From positions 1-64,000 of IMG/VR virus record IMGVR_UViG_2974623408_000001: a stretch of 64,000 bases of DNA; one strand, 5' to 3'. Both the position numbers and the translations under genes were made by a program. The notes beneath the pieces were generated by a model that was not told where the DNA came from, made no database searches, and saw only the letters and a list, made by a program, of their open reading frames with translations. Shown here piece after piece: positions 15,413 through 24,697 of this stretch. Numbering within the stretch: position 1 is the first letter of the stretch; the number at the start of each line of letters is the position of its first letter. The stretch comes from a virus (Duplodnaviria; Caudoviricetes).

Positions 15413-15872
15413 ACTCGCTCTATGGATCGGCATACCGTTGTTGTGGATTCTCAGCGGCATGCTTTCGTTTCGCTGGTACAACCTGGCGACGGGCAACAAG
15501 CCAGAAGACGAATTTGTCTGGATAATGGGACCGATCGTCCTTCCGATTCTTCCACTAGTTGCTGTAGTCTGTGGCGTCGCCTACGTGGTTTCACGAGACA
15601 AGCTGGGTATACCCACAGCAATCAAGACGTTCATGCTTCCACTCGAATACGACAAAAATGAGTACTCCAGCTTAGGTCAAGACCTGCGGAAACGTGAAAG
15701 TGAGGCGCGTACGTTCGCTTCCAACGCGAAGAGCGACACCGAGCGACAAATCTTCGTGGAGGCGGCGAATCGATACGGCGAGCTGGGACGTGAAGCACGC
15801 AACCGAGGAGGATGGTATAGCGGCAACACTGAGAGGGTGAAGAAGTTCAAGAAGAAGAACAACCTGACGTAA
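15402..15872 (+). CDS. membrane protein (2 TM)
   Basis: hydrophobic N-terminal segments. Confidence 0.65.
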   Translation: MMLELALWIGIPLLWILSGMLSFRWYNLATGNKPEDEFVWIMGPIVLPILPLVAVVCGVAYVVSRDKLGIPTAIKTFMLPLEYDKNEYSSLGQDLRKRESEARTFASNAKSDTERQIFVEAANRYGELGREARNRGGWYSGNTERVKKFKKKNNLT

Positions 15873-15876
15873 CCTG

Positions 15877-15905
15877 TTTACATCACGACTCGTTCGTGAT
15901 ACTGT
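15877..15905 (+). promoter_or_regulatory. promoter of the same class as 13719-13747
   Basis: TTTACA-N17(CGTGA)-TACTGT. Confidence 0.7.
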
Positions 15906-15946
15906 AGCAATCACTGGACAACACGACACCTCGAAAGGTACACACC

Positions 15947-16687
15947 ATGCCAGTAATGAACATCGCCGGAGTCAACGTGACACTCACGGTGGACGAGCTA
16001 CTCGACTACCAGAATCGTGTGTCGGCTCAGGCACGACTCGACCGGAACCCGAAGGCCAAAGCGGCCATCGTCGAAGGTGACAAGGACGAATCCAATCCCG
16101 TCCTCATCGACAACGACGCACTCTCGCGGGTCGTCAAGCATCACAAGGGACCGGGACGTCCGAAGTCCGACAAGTCGCACGTCCCGCACTGGAAGCAGCG
16201 TCTGAGCCAGCTCAAGGCCGCCGGCTACCGGATGCCCTCGAACGCCCAGACCACCGCGCGTCTCCTGGCCCAGTTCGTCAACCAGTACAAGGTCACGGAC
16301 GTTCCCGTACCGTCCGATCCCGAGCACGCGTTCAACTGGCTGATTGACGATCTCTCGCACCGCAGCATCTTCAACACCCTCACGGTGTTCGTGGATCGGG
16401 TCGGCAAGAACGACGACGAGCGACTGTGGAACTCGGCCGCGATGACCGCAGCGCTGTACATCGCGGCGCAGCGACATGGACGTGACGCCGTGGCCGTCCT
16501 GATCACCGCTCTCGAGAACACCGAGAGTCCTCTCCGCAAGGTCGTCGACCGGGAGAACAAGGACTACTATTCGAAGACCGTGACCCACGGCAATCGTCGT
16601 TTCGGCGACGACGCGGATCGTCTCGCACTCGTCTGGCTCCTGACCGAGCACATGGACGAGGTCATCGAAGCGGCGGCCAAGCTGTGA
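15947..16687 (+). CDS. hypothetical protein with AT-hook-like GPGRPK
   Basis: gaaagg RBS; 246 aa. Confidence 0.7.
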   Translation: MPVMNIAGVNVTLTVDELLDYQNRVSAQARLDRNPKAKAAIVEGDKDESNPVLIDNDALSRVVKHHKGPGRPKSDKSHVPHWKQRLSQLKAAGYRMPSNAQTTARLLAQFVNQYKVTDVPVPSDPEHAFNWLIDDLSHRSIFNTLTVFVDRVGKNDDERLWNSAAMTAALYIAAQRHGRDAVAVLITALENTESPLRKVVDRENKDYYSKTVTHGNRRFGDDADRLALVWLLTEHMDEVIEAAAKL

Positions 16688-16806
16688 ACGAGCTACTACT
16701 GCTGGCTGCGGAACAGTCCAGCAACGAAACCAGCTGGCCGGATGTGATCCTGATGCTCGGATTCTTTGCAATCTGCGCGTTCATGTTGTGGATCGTGCTC
16801 CGATGA
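16684..16806 (+). CDS. 40 aa single-TM micropeptide
   Basis: VNELLLLAAEQSSNETSWPDVILMLGFFAICAFMLWIVLR; GTGA and ATGA overlaps at both ends. Confidence 0.6.
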   Translation: MNELLLLAAEQSSNETSWPDVILMLGFFAICAFMLWIVLR

Positions 16807-17243
16807 CCTTCTACCGCAAACAGGGTGACATGTTCAGCGAGCACGCTGACGCGTACGCCCACGGTGTGAACACGATGGGTCGTATGGGTGCCGGTGTCGC
16901 AAAGATCGTCGCGGACACCTGGCCCGAGTGTCGCGATGCGTACATCGCGATGTGCGCACACGGATTCAACCCGGGTGAAACGTACGCATGGCGATCGGAC
17001 ACCGGTATCTGGGTGTACAACGTGGCCAGCCAGCGCTTTCCGGGACGTGACGCACGTCTGTACTGGTTGAAGGACGGACTTGAGGACATGTACCTACATG
17101 CACGTGGAAACCTCGTGAAGTCCATCTCAATGCCGGTTATCGGGGGAGGTATCGGAGGGCTCGACCCGAACGACTGCATCACCACAATCGAGAACGTCGC
17201 GGCTCAGTACCCCGATGTCACCACCACAGTCTGGGAGTACTGA
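16803..17243 (+). CDS. macro domain ADP-ribose glycohydrolase (DarG/TARG1-like)
   Basis: GDMF...AHGVN..GRMGAGVA...SISMPVIGGGIGGL macro motifs. Confidence 0.85.
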   Translation: MTFYRKQGDMFSEHADAYAHGVNTMGRMGAGVAKIVADTWPECRDAYIAMCAHGFNPGETYAWRSDTGIWVYNVASQRFPGRDARLYWLKDGLEDMYLHARGNLVKSISMPVIGGGIGGLDPNDCITTIENVAAQYPDVTTTVWEY

Positions 17244-17632
17244 TGCGCACGACCAAACTCGAATTGAAATCGGCTCGACAGATCAAGGTCGCACGAGTGC
17301 TGTTGACGATCGCTCAGATCATGTCACTGGCTGTAGCCACCGCGCCGGCTGCGTTGTTCGGGATGTGGGCGGGCAGCGATATTCCGTATCTCAAGCAGTG
17401 GGGTTTCGTGGACTGGTGGATAACCATCATCATCCTCGCGGTGATCATCGTGTCCATCAAGGTCGCTGACGCGTTGTCCAAGCTGTTCGGCGACGTTGAC
17501 AAAGAGCTGGGTGTGGCTCTCGAGCAACACGTGGCGATCGAAGAGGCGATCAAGCGAGGCGACAAGGCCGCGTACGACAGCAAGGGCCAACTGATCATGC
17601 GAATCGACAAGGAAGGCAAGCCACTCGAGTGA
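17243..17632 (+). CDS. membrane protein (2 TM)
   Basis: two hydrophobic helices. Confidence 0.65.
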   Translation: MRTTKLELKSARQIKVARVLLTIAQIMSLAVATAPAALFGMWAGSDIPYLKQWGFVDWWITIIILAVIIVSIKVADALSKLFGDVDKELGVALEQHVAIEEAIKRGDKAAYDSKGQLIMRIDKEGKPLE

Positions 17633-17636
17633 GTGG

Positions 17637-17665
17637 TTGCGTTTACGGAATGTCCGTGTCATAAT
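17637..17665 (+). promoter_or_regulatory. promoter copy
   Basis: TTGCGT-N17(CGTGT)-CATAAT. Confidence 0.6.
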
Positions 17666-17708
17666 CATGACACGGACATTTTCGTACAGAGACAAGGAAA
17701 GACACACC

Positions 17709-18209
17709 ATGGACACGCAGATCGTGTACGGAATCGGCCTAGGGTTTTCGGTCGGCTGGAACATCATCCAGTTCTGCCGGATCAGGGGTTTCAAAAAGCG
17801 AGTCGAACCCGAGAAGAAAACCTCCGATCCGGTCAAGACATACGGTCACCCACGTGATCCCGTGGCCGATCTGCGCAAGCGTCTTCCCGACCTGGAATGG
17901 CCGTGCGTGTGGGAGACGTGGGTCGAAGAGGACGAGCAGTGCCGATTCATTTTCCAGGTCGTGGACGTGACCGACGACAGTGACGAGCACGACGCCCTTG
18001 CACACGGGTCCATCGGATTGACCCACACCAAGGAAGGCAAATCGTGGACGAGCATCTACCGTGTAAGAAGTGCGTGGCCGTACGAGGACGAGATGCAGTA
18101 CTACACCAGCTATCTCATCGGGTGCGAAGCAACCATGCGTAAAGTCGCGACACTCGCCGCGAAGAAGATCGACAAAGAAGTCAAGGTCAACTACAAGATG
18201 GGAAAGTGA
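17709..18209 (+). CDS. hypothetical protein with N-terminal TM
   Basis: aagga RBS before MDTQ. Confidence 0.65.
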   Translation: MDTQIVYGIGLGFSVGWNIIQFCRIRGFKKRVEPEKKTSDPVKTYGHPRDPVADLRKRLPDLEWPCVWETWVEEDEQCRFIFQVVDVTDDSDEHDALAHGSIGLTHTKEGKSWTSIYRVRSAWPYEDEMQYYTSYLIGCEATMRKVATLAAKKIDKEVKVNYKMGK

Positions 18210-18210
18210 G

Positions 18211-18723
18211 ATGGTCAAGAAGGCCGAACGACGCAACGACAGTGTGTTGCTGCTGAACGTCGACTACACGGCGCTTGAAACCATCACATGGCAGCGCGCC
18301 ATTGTGTTGCTGGTGCTGGGTGAAGCCGAGATGGTTGACCCTGCGGTGCCTCATCGTGTGGTGCATTCCCAGCACCTGGAAGTCGTGGTGCCCAAAACCA
18401 TTCGTCTCAACCGGTACGTCCACATCGTGTACGACATACAGATGATCGACGAGGGTTCGTCTGCGACGTTGCCAGCGGTGCTGCGACGTGACAAGAACGT
18501 GTGTGGATACTGCGGTGACTTCGCGACAACCGTCGACCACATTTTCCCCCAGTCCCGCGGTGGCCCCAACACCTGGGGTAACCTGATCGCTGCGTGTTTC
18601 GATTGCAACAACCTGAAGGACAACCGTACACCTGAGGAGGCTGGCATGAAGTTGCTGTGGCCACCGAAAGCGCCGAAGTTCGACGAGGTGCTGCAGAAGC
18701 ACGTCTGGAGAGACCTGAAGTGA
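18211..18723 (+). CDS. HNH endonuclease (McrA-like)
   Basis: VLLLNVDY...RD..VCGYCG...TVDHIFPQSRGG.NTWGNL..AC..CN..K. Confidence 0.9.
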   Translation: MVKKAERRNDSVLLLNVDYTALETITWQRAIVLLVLGEAEMVDPAVPHRVVHSQHLEVVVPKTIRLNRYVHIVYDIQMIDEGSSATLPAVLRRDKNVCGYCGDFATTVDHIFPQSRGGPNTWGNLIAACFDCNNLKDNRTPEEAGMKLLWPPKAPKFDEVLQKHVWRDLK

Positions 18724-18932
18724 TCGAATTGGATGGTCACTGGATCAGCTACGAGTGGGGTGTTCAGTTCGAGGTAGACGTGGAGACAGATACGGGTATT
18801 CACGAAGAAACCGAAACGCGAGTTTGTTCAGAACGTATCGCGCATCGCGCTGTGGTGTACGGTATGCCGAAAACTGGAAAAAATCATCGGGTAGTACGTC
18901 GCGTGGTTGCAGACTGGAAAGAAGTAAAGTGA
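18720..18932 (+). CDS. hypothetical protein, tandem paralogue a
   Basis: EWGVQFE...NHRVVRRVVADWKEV. Confidence 0.75.
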   Translation: MIELDGHWISYEWGVQFEVDVETDTGIHEETETRVCSERIAHRAVVYGMPKTGKNHRVVRRVVADWKEVK

Positions 18933-19132
18933 TCGAGAAGAGTCGCAACGTCGAATGGGGTATTCGATTCGAGGAAGATGACATCGACATGAGTGGCTCG
19001 CACGAGAAAACGACGACAATGGTCTCTAGCGAACAAGTGGCGCGAAACGCGAAGCGAATGGGAATTCCGAGAAAAGGACGAAATCACCGTGTGGTACGCC
19101 GCATGGTCGCAGATTGGGAAGAAGTGGAATGA
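18929..19132 (+). CDS. hypothetical protein, tandem paralogue b
   Basis: EWGIRFE...NHRVVRRMVADWEEV. Confidence 0.75.
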   Translation: MIEKSRNVEWGIRFEEDDIDMSGSHEKTTTMVSSEQVARNAKRMGIPRKGRNHRVVRRMVADWEEVE

Positions 19133-19482
19133 GTCTCGAAGAGAGGTTCGGCAAGAAAATACCGAGCCGTGAAGAATTACTCGCCATGTGGGACGAAGAA
19201 GACAAGAAGCACAAGGAGAAGGTACGCGAGTTCGAACCCAAGGCCAAGATTTTGTACGGCCTTGGTAAGCCGCTAGTGAACTGTCACTGTCGAATGTGTA
19301 CGGACGTGTGGCTTGACATCATGGACGAACTCGAGCCCGACGGATGGCTCCGGCGTGAATCGTCAATCGGCATGATCCTGTGCCCGACATGCGGCAACAA
19401 GAGGTGCCCGCACGCAACCAACCACGAACTCGACTGCACTGGTTCGAACGAACCAGGCCAGAAGGGATCGGCGTATGAGTGA
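19129..19482 (+). CDS. Cys-rich zinc-binding protein
   Basis: CHCRMC...CPTCGNKRCPHATNHELDC. Confidence 0.7.
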   Translation: MSLEERFGKKIPSREELLAMWDEEDKKHKEKVREFEPKAKILYGLGKPLVNCHCRMCTDVWLDIMDELEPDGWLRRESSIGMILCPTCGNKRCPHATNHELDCTGSNEPGQKGSAYE

Positions 19483-19741
19483 CGTCGAGATGAACAGAGC
19501 AAGTCAGATATCCATTTCCTATGGTGTCGAGTATTACGACAAGACCGACAAGAAGTGGACGCCACTGGCGATGCACGGCACCGAACTCAGCGAAGCCGAC
19601 GAGACCTTCGAAATGATGCAGAGGCAGGGCTACGAAGTCCGTCTCATGCAATACCAGATGGAGGTCATCCGTACAGGAAGGATGATGAGATCAACAAATA
19701 CGACCGACGAAAAGTTAATGTCCACCGACAAGTTGACGTAG
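19475..19741 (+). CDS. hypothetical protein
   Basis: 88 aa ORF in operon order. Confidence 0.6.
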   Translation: MSDVEMNRASQISISYGVEYYDKTDKKWTPLAMHGTELSEADETFEMMQRQGYEVRLMQYQMEVIRTGRMMRSTNTTDEKLMSTDKLT

Positions 19742-19850
19742 TTTCTGACGTACTATTTGATCATCTCGGTGAGGACGCCAAATGGGTGTCCGAGCTAGTC
19801 GTGGAACATCTGCGCAACGAGAACATGGAAATCACATGGAGAACAAACAA

Positions 19851-20066
19851 ATGACCGAAAAAGAACAAGAAGAACTCAAAAAAGTTCTGATGGAGAAGGT
19901 CGGCGATGACAAGGACGCCGCGTTCAAACTGGTTTCGGCTCTCGTGATCGCGCTTTCGAAACGACTCGACTCGATGCAAACGCAACTGCAGGCTATCATC
20001 GAGCGTGTCGAAGAACTCGAGGAGGAAGCTGCTAGTCAACCACGAGGTAAAATCTTCGATGATTGA
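19851..20066 (+). CDS. coiled-coil hypothetical protein
   Basis: ggag RBS; heptad pattern. Confidence 0.6.
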   Translation: MTEKEQEELKKVLMEKVGDDKDAAFKLVSALVIALSKRLDSMQTQLQAIIERVEELEEEAASQPRGKIFDD

Positions 20067-20214
20067 GGTGTTCGACACTAAGATGTGCTGCGCAAAGTGC
20101 CCTAACGTTGCCGCAAAACGAACGAACTTCAATGACGGTAGCGAAGAATGGTATTACTGCGCTCGTCACGCTGAAACTATGTCCATGCATCTTATAGACC
20201 TGGCGGTGAATTGA
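20059..20214 (+). CDS. small CxxC...CxxH protein
   Basis: CAKC...YYCARH. Confidence 0.55.
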   Translation: MIEVFDTKMCCAKCPNVAAKRTNFNDGSEEWYYCARHAETMSMHLIDLAVN

Positions 20215-20510
20215 TGATTGAGGGACTTCCTGATCTCGACGAATGGGCAGCAGTTGATCGAGGCGACAAGATCGAACACATCGCACCTGACATGATGATC
20301 GTCACACCCGCGCCTCGACCTACTTCGATCGATCACAGTTTCATCATCGAGAAGACGCCTCCGTTGAGCGAAGACCACGGCAAAACCTTCTACCACCTGT
20401 GGCAAGCAAGTTGCACCACATGCGGTTGGTGGAGCGAGGCGTGCGATAAAGAACGTGCCAAATCGTGGGGTCACTGGCACCACACGTCGGAGAACCTGCG
20501 ACCAAGCTAA
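20214..20510 (+). CDS. orphan H-CxxC-H array homologue
   Basis: internal MIVTPAPRPTSIDH...WQASCTTCGWWS...AKSWGHWH. Confidence 0.75.
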   Translation: MIEGLPDLDEWAAVDRGDKIEHIAPDMMIVTPAPRPTSIDHSFIIEKTPPLSEDHGKTFYHLWQASCTTCGWWSEACDKERAKSWGHWHHTSENLRPS

Positions 20511-20549
20511 ATCGCGCTTTGAGCTGACGCGCGATACTGTCTTTCCACT

Positions 20550-22244
20550 ATGGAAAGACAGACATACAAGCCCAGAAAAGGCATCGGCCTGTACATTCCT
20601 CCTGAGGAGGATTTGTCCCTGGCTGACATCGTTGCGCGCCTTCCGGAAAGCGAACGTGAAGAAGCGCTCGCCGACCTGGACATGGATGACCTCGAGTACA
20701 ACTTCAATTTCTGGGGACGTCCCTCACAGCTAGCAGCCGTCAACTCTGACAAGTGGTTGACGGTTTTGCTGTCTGGTCGTGGTTTCGGTAAGACCCGTGT
20801 TTTGTCCCAGGCTATGCACAAGAAGGCCATGGACAATCCAGGATGTCGTATCGCGCTGGTTGGCCGATCTGTTGCCGACGTTCGAGACATTCTTGTAACT
20901 GGTGAATCGGGTTTGTTGAACGTCGTACCACCCAGCGAGAAGCCCGAATACAAACAGACCATGCGCCGTATCATCTGGCCCAACGGCTCAGAGGCGATGA
21001 CGTTCACCGCTGATATTCCAGACCAGTTGCGTGGTCCTCAGTTCCACTTCGCGTTCGGAGACGAGCTGGGTTCCTGGCGTGTAAAAGCCACCGGTACCGG
21101 CATGGTCAACGCGTGGTCACAGCTGCAGATTGCCACACGTCTCGGTGACAATCCACAAATCTTCATCGCAACAACACCACGACGCGTACCGATGATTGTC
21201 GATTGCGTGAAAATGGCTGACTACGAGCCTGATCGCGTTCTTCTCATTCGCGGTTCGACATTCGCTAACCGCCACCTCGGTACCAAATACCGTGAGGCAA
21301 TCATCGGTTTGTACGAGGGAACAACTCTTGGACAACAGGAGCTTGAAGGTGAACTTCTCAGCGACGTTGAGGGCGCGCTTTTGACCCCTGACGTTATTGA
21401 AGATTCACGATTGACAGACCTGGAAGAAACGTTCTGGAAAACGCTTCCTAATCGCATTGTCGGCGTCGACCCTACGGTGTCTGCAACCCCTGGCGACGAG
21501 TGTGGAATCGTCGTAGCTGGAGCCACAGGCGAAAAGAAAATGTACAACAGACGCGCCTATGTTCTCGAGGATGCGTCGTTGCAGGGTCCGCCCGAGGTGT
21601 GGGCTAGACGTGTCGTTGAAATGGCGCGCAAGTACCGTGCTGCTGTCGTAGCCGAGGACAACCAGGGCGGTGAAATGGTGCGTATGGTCATCAACGCCCA
21701 GGACCCGCGCGTGCCTGTCACCCTAGTCAAGTCGAAGGCCGGTAAGTACGCTCGTGCCGAGCCGGTTGCACACGCCTATCAGCAGGGCCGCGTCCACCAC
21801 ATGCGTGAGTTCGACATGCTGGAAGACCAGCTGACTACATGGGTTCCAGACGAGGGCATGAAATCGCCTGACCGTCTTGACGCCGCGGTGCACTGTCTCA
21901 CCGCGCTACTGGTCGTGAAGCCCAAGGAATGGATCGGTGGAGTGTCGATCGCCGGCACAGGCGCACGCCGTCGGATCAACGTCATCAACCATGACCCATA
22001 CCAGCAGATCGTCCCGGGATCGAACGGTCCTGGAAACACACGAGCCAAGATTCTCGAACGACTACGTCCGCTGGACGGATTCAACATCGAAGAATTCGAC
22101 GGCACCGAAGAAGAAACCGAAGAGGAGAAAGAACAATTCAAGCGGCTACGGAAAGCTAACCGCTCTCCGCGTCTGCCTATTCACGCGAGAAACCGTAAGT
22201 ACGATCCGTACGGGGCTCCAAGAATACGCAGGCGACAGGGTTAA
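20550..22244 (+). CDS. terL: terminase large subunit
   Basis: Walker A GRGFGKT, Walker B FGDE, ATTP coupling motif, nuclease VGVDP...SPDRLDA. Confidence 0.95.
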   Translation: MERQTYKPRKGIGLYIPPEEDLSLADIVARLPESEREEALADLDMDDLEYNFNFWGRPSQLAAVNSDKWLTVLLSGRGFGKTRVLSQAMHKKAMDNPGCRIALVGRSVADVRDILVTGESGLLNVVPPSEKPEYKQTMRRIIWPNGSEAMTFTADIPDQLRGPQFHFAFGDELGSWRVKATGTGMVNAWSQLQIATRLGDNPQIFIATTPRRVPMIVDCVKMADYEPDRVLLIRGSTFANRHLGTKYREAIIGLYEGTTLGQQELEGELLSDVEGALLTPDVIEDSRLTDLEETFWKTLPNRIVGVDPTVSATPGDECGIVVAGATGEKKMYNRRAYVLEDASLQGPPEVWARRVVEMARKYRAAVVAEDNQGGEMVRMVINAQDPRVPVTLVKSKAGKYARAEPVAHAYQQGRVHHMREFDMLEDQLTTWVPDEGMKSPDRLDAAVHCLTALLVVKPKEWIGGVSIAGTGARRRINVINHDPYQQIVPGSNGPGNTRAKILERLRPLDGFNIEEFDGTEEETEEEKEQFKRLRKANRSPRLPIHARNRKYDPYGAPRIRRRQG

Positions 22245-22269
22245 CTTTTTGTCCCGTTTGTGTTATAGT
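22241..22269 (+). promoter_or_regulatory. promoter for a leaderless gene
   Basis: TTAACT-N17(TGTGT)-TATAGT-6 nt-ATG 22276. Confidence 0.65.
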
Positions 22270-22275
22270 AGAACC

Positions 22276-23679
22276 ATGATAGAAGCTGTAGATAAAAAAC
22301 CTGCATATAAGCCAAGTTTGACCGCACTCAAGGACACTGATCCGCTTGTCAAAAGCGTCATCGATGCAATTGTCCAGGACAAGATACTGTACATCGGCAC
22401 TCCGGTCAAGGGCTCCAATTTCGAGACACTGACAACCAACGAGCTGATCAACTTCGAGACAACTCGTCACGAGATCGTCTGCCGACCGTCATCCACGACG
22501 TCAGGTGACCTCGCGGTAGTTCGATTCCTTCACGCTGGTCGAATCAAGAAAAAGCTCGATGAGGTCGCGGACGAGGACCTGCGGAGACGTTACCGATGCG
22601 TCGTCGCAGTATTGCTGCTTCAACTCAGCTGGCCTGTTGCAAGCATCTCCGAGGCAGTAGGCGTCAGTCGACAAGCCTTGACACCGAGAATGCACGACAA
22701 CCTGGACAAACCGTTGACCACGACAGAGATCGACTTTTTGAACGAAATCTCACGTGATCGAACCAGTCCAACGTACGGTTGGGGTGATTACGGTTCCGAG
22801 TACCAGAAGTACAATCGCACAGGTCTCGAATGGAACAAGGTTCACGTTCTTCCGACACCGTCGGCAGCAACCGTCATGCAAGCGTTGTGGCGTCTTGCGT
22901 GGAGAGCTCGTGGCGACAAGTCAGTTTCTGACGCTGCATACTGCTCCAAGGTGCTCGACATGTACTTGGGTACCATGTTGGCCCGCGGTGTAACGGGATT
23001 CAATCTGGCGCAGATGCTACAGGTCCAGCATGCTGCAATTTTCCAGCGAATCCGAAATATCGATTATGGTGTAGAAATGCGTAAGGAAGCGCAGGCAGCA
23101 CCGCATCTTATGGACAACAGTCTGGGTCGTTACAAGTACACAGCAAACGTGGATCATCCTGCAACTCGTGGAATGTATCTACTCAGATCAACACTCACAG
23201 ACAACGGTTCGTTGGTTTTGAGTACGTTGACTGATTCTCTAGGAATCGCACAGATCGATTTGGCAAGAGCAAGCCAGAAACGCTATCTTGTCGATAGCAT
23301 TCTTCCGAATCATAGCATTCCAGGTACGTGGACTTCGGACACTCTCGTGCCAGTGGACACGTATTTCGCTCAAGCGTCTCACGGATACCATGAACGCACG
23401 CGACGCGAAGCGTTTTATTTCATTCCTGAGACGGGATTCTCCTCTGTGTACATCACGCAGAATGCGCCACAACACATCAAGTCTCATGTAAGAAACATGG
23501 ATAAGATATCGACCATGACTCCGTGGTTTAGCGACTATTTTGACAAGACGCTCGATCTTCCTCAGGTACTCAAAGGTGAGGCAAAGACGATGTTCGCGAA
23601 GAGTAGAGTTCTTGAACGATGCTTTACAGAACCGTACAGTATCTTGGAAGAATACGACGCACCAGCGCGCAGAAAGTAA
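22276..23679 (+). CDS. helix-turn-helix DNA-binding protein (two HTH-like motifs)
   Basis: WPVASISEAVGVSRQAL and VTGFNLAQMLQVQHAAI; start moved from 21937. Confidence 0.6.
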   Translation: MIEAVDKKPAYKPSLTALKDTDPLVKSVIDAIVQDKILYIGTPVKGSNFETLTTNELINFETTRHEIVCRPSSTTSGDLAVVRFLHAGRIKKKLDEVADEDLRRRYRCVVAVLLLQLSWPVASISEAVGVSRQALTPRMHDNLDKPLTTTEIDFLNEISRDRTSPTYGWGDYGSEYQKYNRTGLEWNKVHVLPTPSAATVMQALWRLAWRARGDKSVSDAAYCSKVLDMYLGTMLARGVTGFNLAQMLQVQHAAIFQRIRNIDYGVEMRKEAQAAPHLMDNSLGRYKYTANVDHPATRGMYLLRSTLTDNGSLVLSTLTDSLGIAQIDLARASQKRYLVDSILPNHSIPGTWTSDTLVPVDTYFAQASHGYHERTRREAFYFIPETGFSSVYITQNAPQHIKSHVRNMDKISTMTPWFSDYFDKTLDLPQVLKGEAKTMFAKSRVLERCFTEPYSILEEYDAPARRK

Positions 23680-23683
23680 TCGC

Positions 23684-24049
23684 ATGGAACTCATGGACTT
23701 GGTCGAGGACGGCGTAGTGCGCGCTGCTGCGTCGATGTTTCCTGTTGAAGTCACCGTAGACAGCGCGGGTTTCGCCACAGCACGATTCATCTTGGCGAAG
23801 TCACCCGATGACGACTGGTACGCATTAGGATGGCGACTCGATAACATGGGCAAGCCATCCATGTTCGTGTACACCAAGGTGATCGACATCGTATCCTTCC
23901 GAACGTCGTTGATAGACGTCAACACTGAGGCAGGGCGCATTCTCGTTCGACCGTCATCAGGCGGATGCTGCGGCAATCGTCTGAAGACGTACAACCCATT
24001 TGGACCCTCGGTGTCACTAGCTAGAGTGCCCGTGAGCAAAGAAGGATAG
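23684..24049 (+). CDS. hypothetical protein
   Basis: start MELMDL; GGCCG motif. Confidence 0.6.
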   Translation: MELMDLVEDGVVRAAASMFPVEVTVDSAGFATARFILAKSPDDDWYALGWRLDNMGKPSMFVYTKVIDIVSFRTSLIDVNTEAGRILVRPSSGGCCGNRLKTYNPFGPSVSLARVPVSKEG

Positions 24050-24051
24050 AG

Positions 24052-24342
24052 ATGGTTCGACGCAAGAAACAAGTTGAGGTTGTTCCTGACGACATGGAAC
24101 AAAAGAACATCGTGTGGATACGGACACGCTCAGCCGAGGGGTTCTATACTAACCCGGCAGAATGGAAATCACGATACCGCGGACTCGATCTTCGACTGGA
24201 GAGACAGACCCACGAAAAGTACCTTTACCAGATACACCGCGATGGCGAAGAACTAGGAAACGGAATCGCGTCAGAGTGTTTCGCGCACTGGAACGCTGGT
24301 GACGTCGTGAAGAAACATTTGGTATCCGAAAATCTGATATAA
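24052..24342 (+). CDS. hypothetical protein
   Basis: aagga RBS. Confidence 0.6.
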   Translation: MVRRKKQVEVVPDDMEQKNIVWIRTRSAEGFYTNPAEWKSRYRGLDLRLERQTHEKYLYQIHRDGEELGNGIASECFAHWNAGDVVKKHLVSENLI

Positions 24343-24364
24343 CGTAGCCGCATGGCTACCGAAG

Positions 24365-24404
24365 CAACACCCGTTGACACCGTCGACGGGTGTTGTTTCA
24401 TTTT
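24365..24404 (+). terminator. intrinsic terminator
   Basis: caacacccgttgac / gtcgacgggtgttg stem followed by tttcatttt. Confidence 0.65.
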
Positions 24405-24413
24405 CGGAGTATC

Positions 24414-24695
24414 ATGAAACCGCTGTTATACGTGTTGGCTACAAAGAGATTAACTCGACTGGTCGTTGAAGACGAAATCACGCGTCCAATTCGTGAAAGT
24501 GTCGAGGAAAACTACTGGTTGAATTACTTAGTCAATTGTAAGAAATGCACGTCTGTTTGGGCGGCTGCTGCCGTGCTGATTCTCGGGCATGTTTTGCCGG
24601 GTAAATTCATAATTTGTACTCTAGGAATCAGTGAAGCAGTTCTGCTGGCGGATGAATTGCTCAGCAAGACGTCCGACGACCCGCTTTGGAGCTGA
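24414..24695 (+). CDS. DUF1360-like membrane protein
   Basis: RLTRLVVEDEITRPIR...LVNCKKCTSVW. Confidence 0.7.
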   Translation: MKPLLYVLATKRLTRLVVEDEITRPIRESVEENYWLNYLVNCKKCTSVWAAAAVLILGHVLPGKFIICTLGISEAVLLADELLSKTSDDPLWS

Positions 24696-24697
24696 CT

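Noticed and set aside
21937-22275. Long N-terminal extension of the HTH gene overlapping terL
   Set aside because: A promoter and leaderless ATG at 22276 explain the gene without a 300-bp overlap.
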